A stretch of DNA of 64,000 bases, taken from contig OZ244197.1 of NCBI GenBank assembly GCA_965216785.1, forward strand, positions 1,984,001 through 2,048,000. The letters are read 5' to 3'. Shown piece by piece: positions 60,970-64,000 of this stretch (the first letter of the stretch is position 1; every line of letters starts with the position of its first letter). The stretch comes from Thermodesulfobacteriota bacterium (lineage in GTDB: Bacteria; Desulfobacterota_D; UBA1144; Nemesobacterales; UBA2774). Position numbers and translations under genes: made by a program. The notes under the pieces are model-generated. The model did no database searches. It had not been told where the DNA came from and saw only the letters and a list, made by a program, of their open reading frames with translations.

Positions 60970-61548
60970 ATGAAAATAATTATTCGGCTTTCTCTGGCAC
61001 TATCATTCTTTTTTAGTATAAATGCCCTCGCTCAACACCATGATGCGGAACAGACTGAGACGCATGATTCCACAGCTACAAAACATCATGCTCATTATCA
61101 TAAAAATCACTTCGCGATATTTACCGGCGGAACAACAGAGTTCGGAAGCGATAATGATACCCATTTCACTCTGGGTGCCGACTATGTGAGGCGGTTTACC
61201 GAAACGGGGTTCTTGGGTGTAGGTGTATTTGGTGAAATCGTATTTGCCGATCATACGAAATATCTGCTCGGACTACCTTTATATCTTTATCCGGCTAGAC
61301 ATTTGTGGGTGAGGGCTGGACCGGGTTTGGAAATATTTGAGGAAAGCAAATCTCATTCAGGATCACAATCTGCCGAGCGAAGCTCTAGTGGGAGCAAAGA
61401 AGAAACCATTACTAAATTTCTACTGCGCGCTGGAATAGGGTACGACTATGAGGTGAGAGGGTTTACAATAGGGCCGAGTGTCTCAGTTGATTTCATAGAA
61501 AGCGATACAATCCTGGTTTGGGGCGTAAATATTGGGAAGGGATTTTAG
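60970..61548 (+). CDS. His-rich small outer-membrane beta-barrel protein
   Basis: Signal peptide, HHAHYH segment, amphipathic strands, terminal GKGF. Confidence 0.7.
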   Translation: MKIIIRLSLALSFFFSINALAQHHDAEQTETHDSTATKHHAHYHKNHFAIFTGGTTEFGSDNDTHFTLGADYVRRFTETGFLGVGVFGEIVFADHTKYLLGLPLYLYPARHLWVRAGPGLEIFEESKSHSGSQSAERSSSGSKEETITKFLLRAGIGYDYEVRGFTIGPSVSVDFIESDTILVWGVNIGKGF

Positions 61549-61693
61549 ATTATAGTCAGTATTTGACTATCCCTCCTGATGTTTAACAGAAAAGAACCGT
61601 ATTCCCGATTGCACCATTATTCTTTGATATGGTAATTTTATAGACATATTGTAAAGGAGGCTTTCGCTTTCAATCTGAAAGCGGTATGGACCA

Positions 61694-62620
61694 ATGAAAA
61701 AACATCCTAAGAAAATAACTCTAGTTCTTGGTATTGTGATATTTTTACTTTGTTCAATCCCAGTATTCAGTATCACGTCCTTGGCTGATGATGAGGGCAG
61801 GAAACTTAAAATCTATACTGTGAATTATCCGCTGCAGTACTTCGCAAAGAGGGTTGGCGGGGATAACGTTGAAGTTTATTTCCCGGCGCCTTCAGATGTA
61901 GACCCCGCGTACTGGACTCCAGGCAGGGAAATAATCCAGGAATACCAAAGCGCGGATTTGATTCTTCTAAACGGGGCTGATTACGCGAAGTGGGTGAATA
62001 AGGTCACGCTGCCTAAATCAAAGCTTGTCGATACCTCACGCAGCTTCAAATCGGATTATATCGCTCTTAAAGAAACCGTTACCCATTCCCACGGGCCCGG
62101 CGGGGAGCACTCGCATACCGGAGTTGCCTTTACAACATGGCTCGATCCGCTTTTGGCGATTCAGCAGGCTGAGGCTGTTAAGCATGCGCTCACTGAGCTT
62201 ATGCCTGAGAAAAAAGAAATTCTGAAAAAGAATTTTGATTCCTTAAAAATGGACCTCGAAGAATTGAATAATAAACTTCAGAATATATTTTCAACTGATC
62301 CCAATAAACCCCTTCTGGCATCGCATCCTGTTTATCAATATCTGGCGAGGCGTTACGATCTGAACCTTAGAAGCCTGCACTGGGAGCCGGATCAAATTCC
62401 GGGGCCTGATGAGCACAGGCAGCTTGACGCTATTTTAGAGGGTTTTCCTTCAAAGTTGATGATATGGGAGGGGGAGCCAGAGGTAGAAGCACGGATATAT
62501 TTGTCAGAGAAGGGGATAGATTCAGCCGTATTCAGCCCCTGCTCCAATAAACCCGCAAAGGGCGGGTACCTTGAAGTTATGAAGGAGAACGCGTTAAACC
62601 TCGAGCAGGCGTACAGATAA
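61694..62620 (+). CDS. ZnuA/TroA-like metal ABC substrate-binding protein
   Basis: VNYPLQYFA.R.GG, ADLILLNG, HSHGPGGEHSH loop, WLDP. Confidence 0.82.
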   Translation: MKKHPKKITLVLGIVIFLLCSIPVFSITSLADDEGRKLKIYTVNYPLQYFAKRVGGDNVEVYFPAPSDVDPAYWTPGREIIQEYQSADLILLNGADYAKWVNKVTLPKSKLVDTSRSFKSDYIALKETVTHSHGPGGEHSHTGVAFTTWLDPLLAIQQAEAVKHALTELMPEKKEILKKNFDSLKMDLEELNNKLQNIFSTDPNKPLLASHPVYQYLARRYDLNLRSLHWEPDQIPGPDEHRQLDAILEGFPSKLMIWEGEPEVEARIYLSEKGIDSAVFSPCSNKPAKGGYLEVMKENALNLEQAYR

Positions 62621-62641
62621 TTTCGTTTAAGCAAACAAGCT

Positions 62642-63214
62642 TTATCTTGCTGTAAAGAATTGAAATTTTTCGTTCAGATATTTCGTGTGGTCCTTGTTCT
62701 CAGCAAAAACCATGAATTCTCCAACGATGAAGAGGTAAAAAATTCTCCCTCGGACCTTAGCCTCTTTCTTTGAAAAGCCCATTTCAAGAAAAAGACTCTC
62801 TACATATAACAGCCTGTATTTGTCTACTCTGGCGACTGCTTTCTCGGGTATTTCATCAATGGCCGCCCATGCTCTGATATCCGATTCGTATCTGCCCGCT
62901 TCTTCTTTCAGCACTATGAACATTAAAGCTTTCAAACGTTCATCGGCCTTTACCGGCAGCGCTTTTACTCTATCTATGAGAATAGTCGTTAATTCCTCTT
63001 CCCAATACTGAACCAGGCATTTATAGAAATCTTTTCTGTCTTTAAAATGCCAGTAGAAGCTACCCTTCGTAACTCCTATGAACTCTGCGAGAGGCTCTAC
63101 ATTCAGTCCCCTTACACCATAATTCCTGAGCGCCTCAAGCCCATACTTAAGCCAGTCAAGCTTATTAAGCTTTTTATCCCCATTCCCGTTTGTTCTATCT
63201 TTTATTCTGCTCAT
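62642..63214 (-). CDS. TetR/AcrR-family regulator
   Basis: LNVEPLAEFIGVTKGSFYWHFKDR. Confidence 0.92.
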   Translation of the reverse strand: MSRIKDRTNGNGDKKLNKLDWLKYGLEALRNYGVRGLNVEPLAEFIGVTKGSFYWHFKDRKDFYKCLVQYWEEELTTILIDRVKALPVKADERLKALMFIVLKEEAGRYESDIRAWAAIDEIPEKAVARVDKYRLLYVESLFLEMGFSKKEAKVRGRIFYLFIVGEFMVFAENKDHTKYLNEKFQFFTAR

Positions 63215-63419
63215 TCAAGGAAAAGATAACGGAAACTGGAATTTAATACCAATACAATTGATATATGTATATCTATAGCTGCATTCACCATACACTAGCG
63301 TATTGACATTTTTGTCGCCCGGTATTAACATGTTATTATAGTTAAACAATGCCAATATATTGTCAAGATGATTACTAGAGAAAAAAGATGATAATATATG
63401 ATAAAAGGAGGAGGGTTAG

Positions 63420-64000
63420 GTGATACAAAAGACATTGTTTAATACACTGCTATTTAGTACGCTTTTGGTAACTGCTTTTGTAGTTTCTTTTCTTTGCCCA
63501 CAAAGACTTTCAGCCGAGAGTCTAAGTTCCAGTACGGACGGTTCATATGCTTCCGGCATAAATCAGCCTGGTTATTATTCAAATATTCGTGCTGAAAGCG
63601 GGTTTTCGGACGAGGCTACATTAAACACATTATTCGTCAAAAATGATAATACGGCAGATTCAGATAATGCTTCTGTATTAAAAGGCGCCGGAGCGTCTGC
63701 CAAAGACTGGAGTTTTTCGTTCGCCCCCTATCTTTGGCTCGTGGGTATTGACGGGACCATGGGTGCTAATGGCCAGACCGCCGATATTGATATCTCTTTC
63801 GGCGATATATGGGACAACCTCGATTTCGCGTTCCAAGGGCATGCGGAAGTTATTTACAGAAACAAATACGGGTTTTTTGTAGATGGGACATATGTGAAGA
63901 TATCCACAAAGAACGTTAGAGGTCCATTAAATATTAAAGCAACTGTAAAGCTGAGCATGTGGGAGTTTGCGGGATTTTATAGATTTTTTGAGCAGCCCTC
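63420..64000 (+). CDS. Outer-membrane beta-barrel protein, 5' part (runs off window)
   Basis: AGGAGG RBS, GTG start, signal peptide, WSFSFAPYLW..GIDG...DISFGDIWDNLD; open frame checked by hand only to about 63850. Confidence 0.75.
   Translation, partial: MIQKTLFNTLLFSTLLVTAFVVSFLCPQRLSAESLSSSTDGSYASGINQPGYYSNIRAESGFSDEATLNTLFVKNDNTADSDNASVLKGAGASAKDWSFSFAPYLWLVGIDGTMGANGQTADIDISFGDIWDNLDFAFQGHAEVIYRNKYGFFVDGTYVKISTKNVRGPLNIKATVKLSMWEFAGFYRFFEQP

Noticed and set aside
63288-63305. TetR operator CCATAC-N6-GTATTG
   Set aside because: Single imperfect palindrome in AT-rich DNA; plausible but not sufficiently supported.

Overview
Bacterial chromosomal window of moderate GC. The IPTL-CTERM protein and gene repertoire suggest a Desulfobacterota/Ca. 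Dadabacteria-like organism (inference only). Housekeeping flanks are ilvN-ilvC-psd-pssA-M16 protease on the left and argJ, msrB, tig-clpP-clpX-lon, tRNA-Val and tRNA-Asp on the right. They enclose two accessory blocks. (1) 6.2-26.7 kb: a Nit1C/MSMEG_0565-0572-like nitrogen-scavenging cluster (GNAT, AIR-synthase-like protein, NitB-like protein, radical SAM, GT4). It lacks the nitrilase and instead carries FdrA/YlbE/DUF2877 (oxamate carbamoyltransferase-like), carbamate kinase, an amidohydrolase and three PLP-fold enzymes, one with His in place of the Schiff-base Lys. (2) 26990-43730: an AT-rich element of about 16.7 kb integrated in tRNA-Leu(TAG), whose tyrosine integrase is split by its own att site. 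The N-terminal part (catalytic R, K) is at the right end and the C-terminal part (HxxR, H, Y) is directly behind the tRNA at the left end. The two halves join in frame through the tRNA-derived sequence only on the excised circle (383 aa). The element carries xis, a primase-helicase with an origin-like repeat cluster, envelope cargo, repeated backbone patches and candidate defence nucleases. All annotation is by eye from motifs; no database searches were run.
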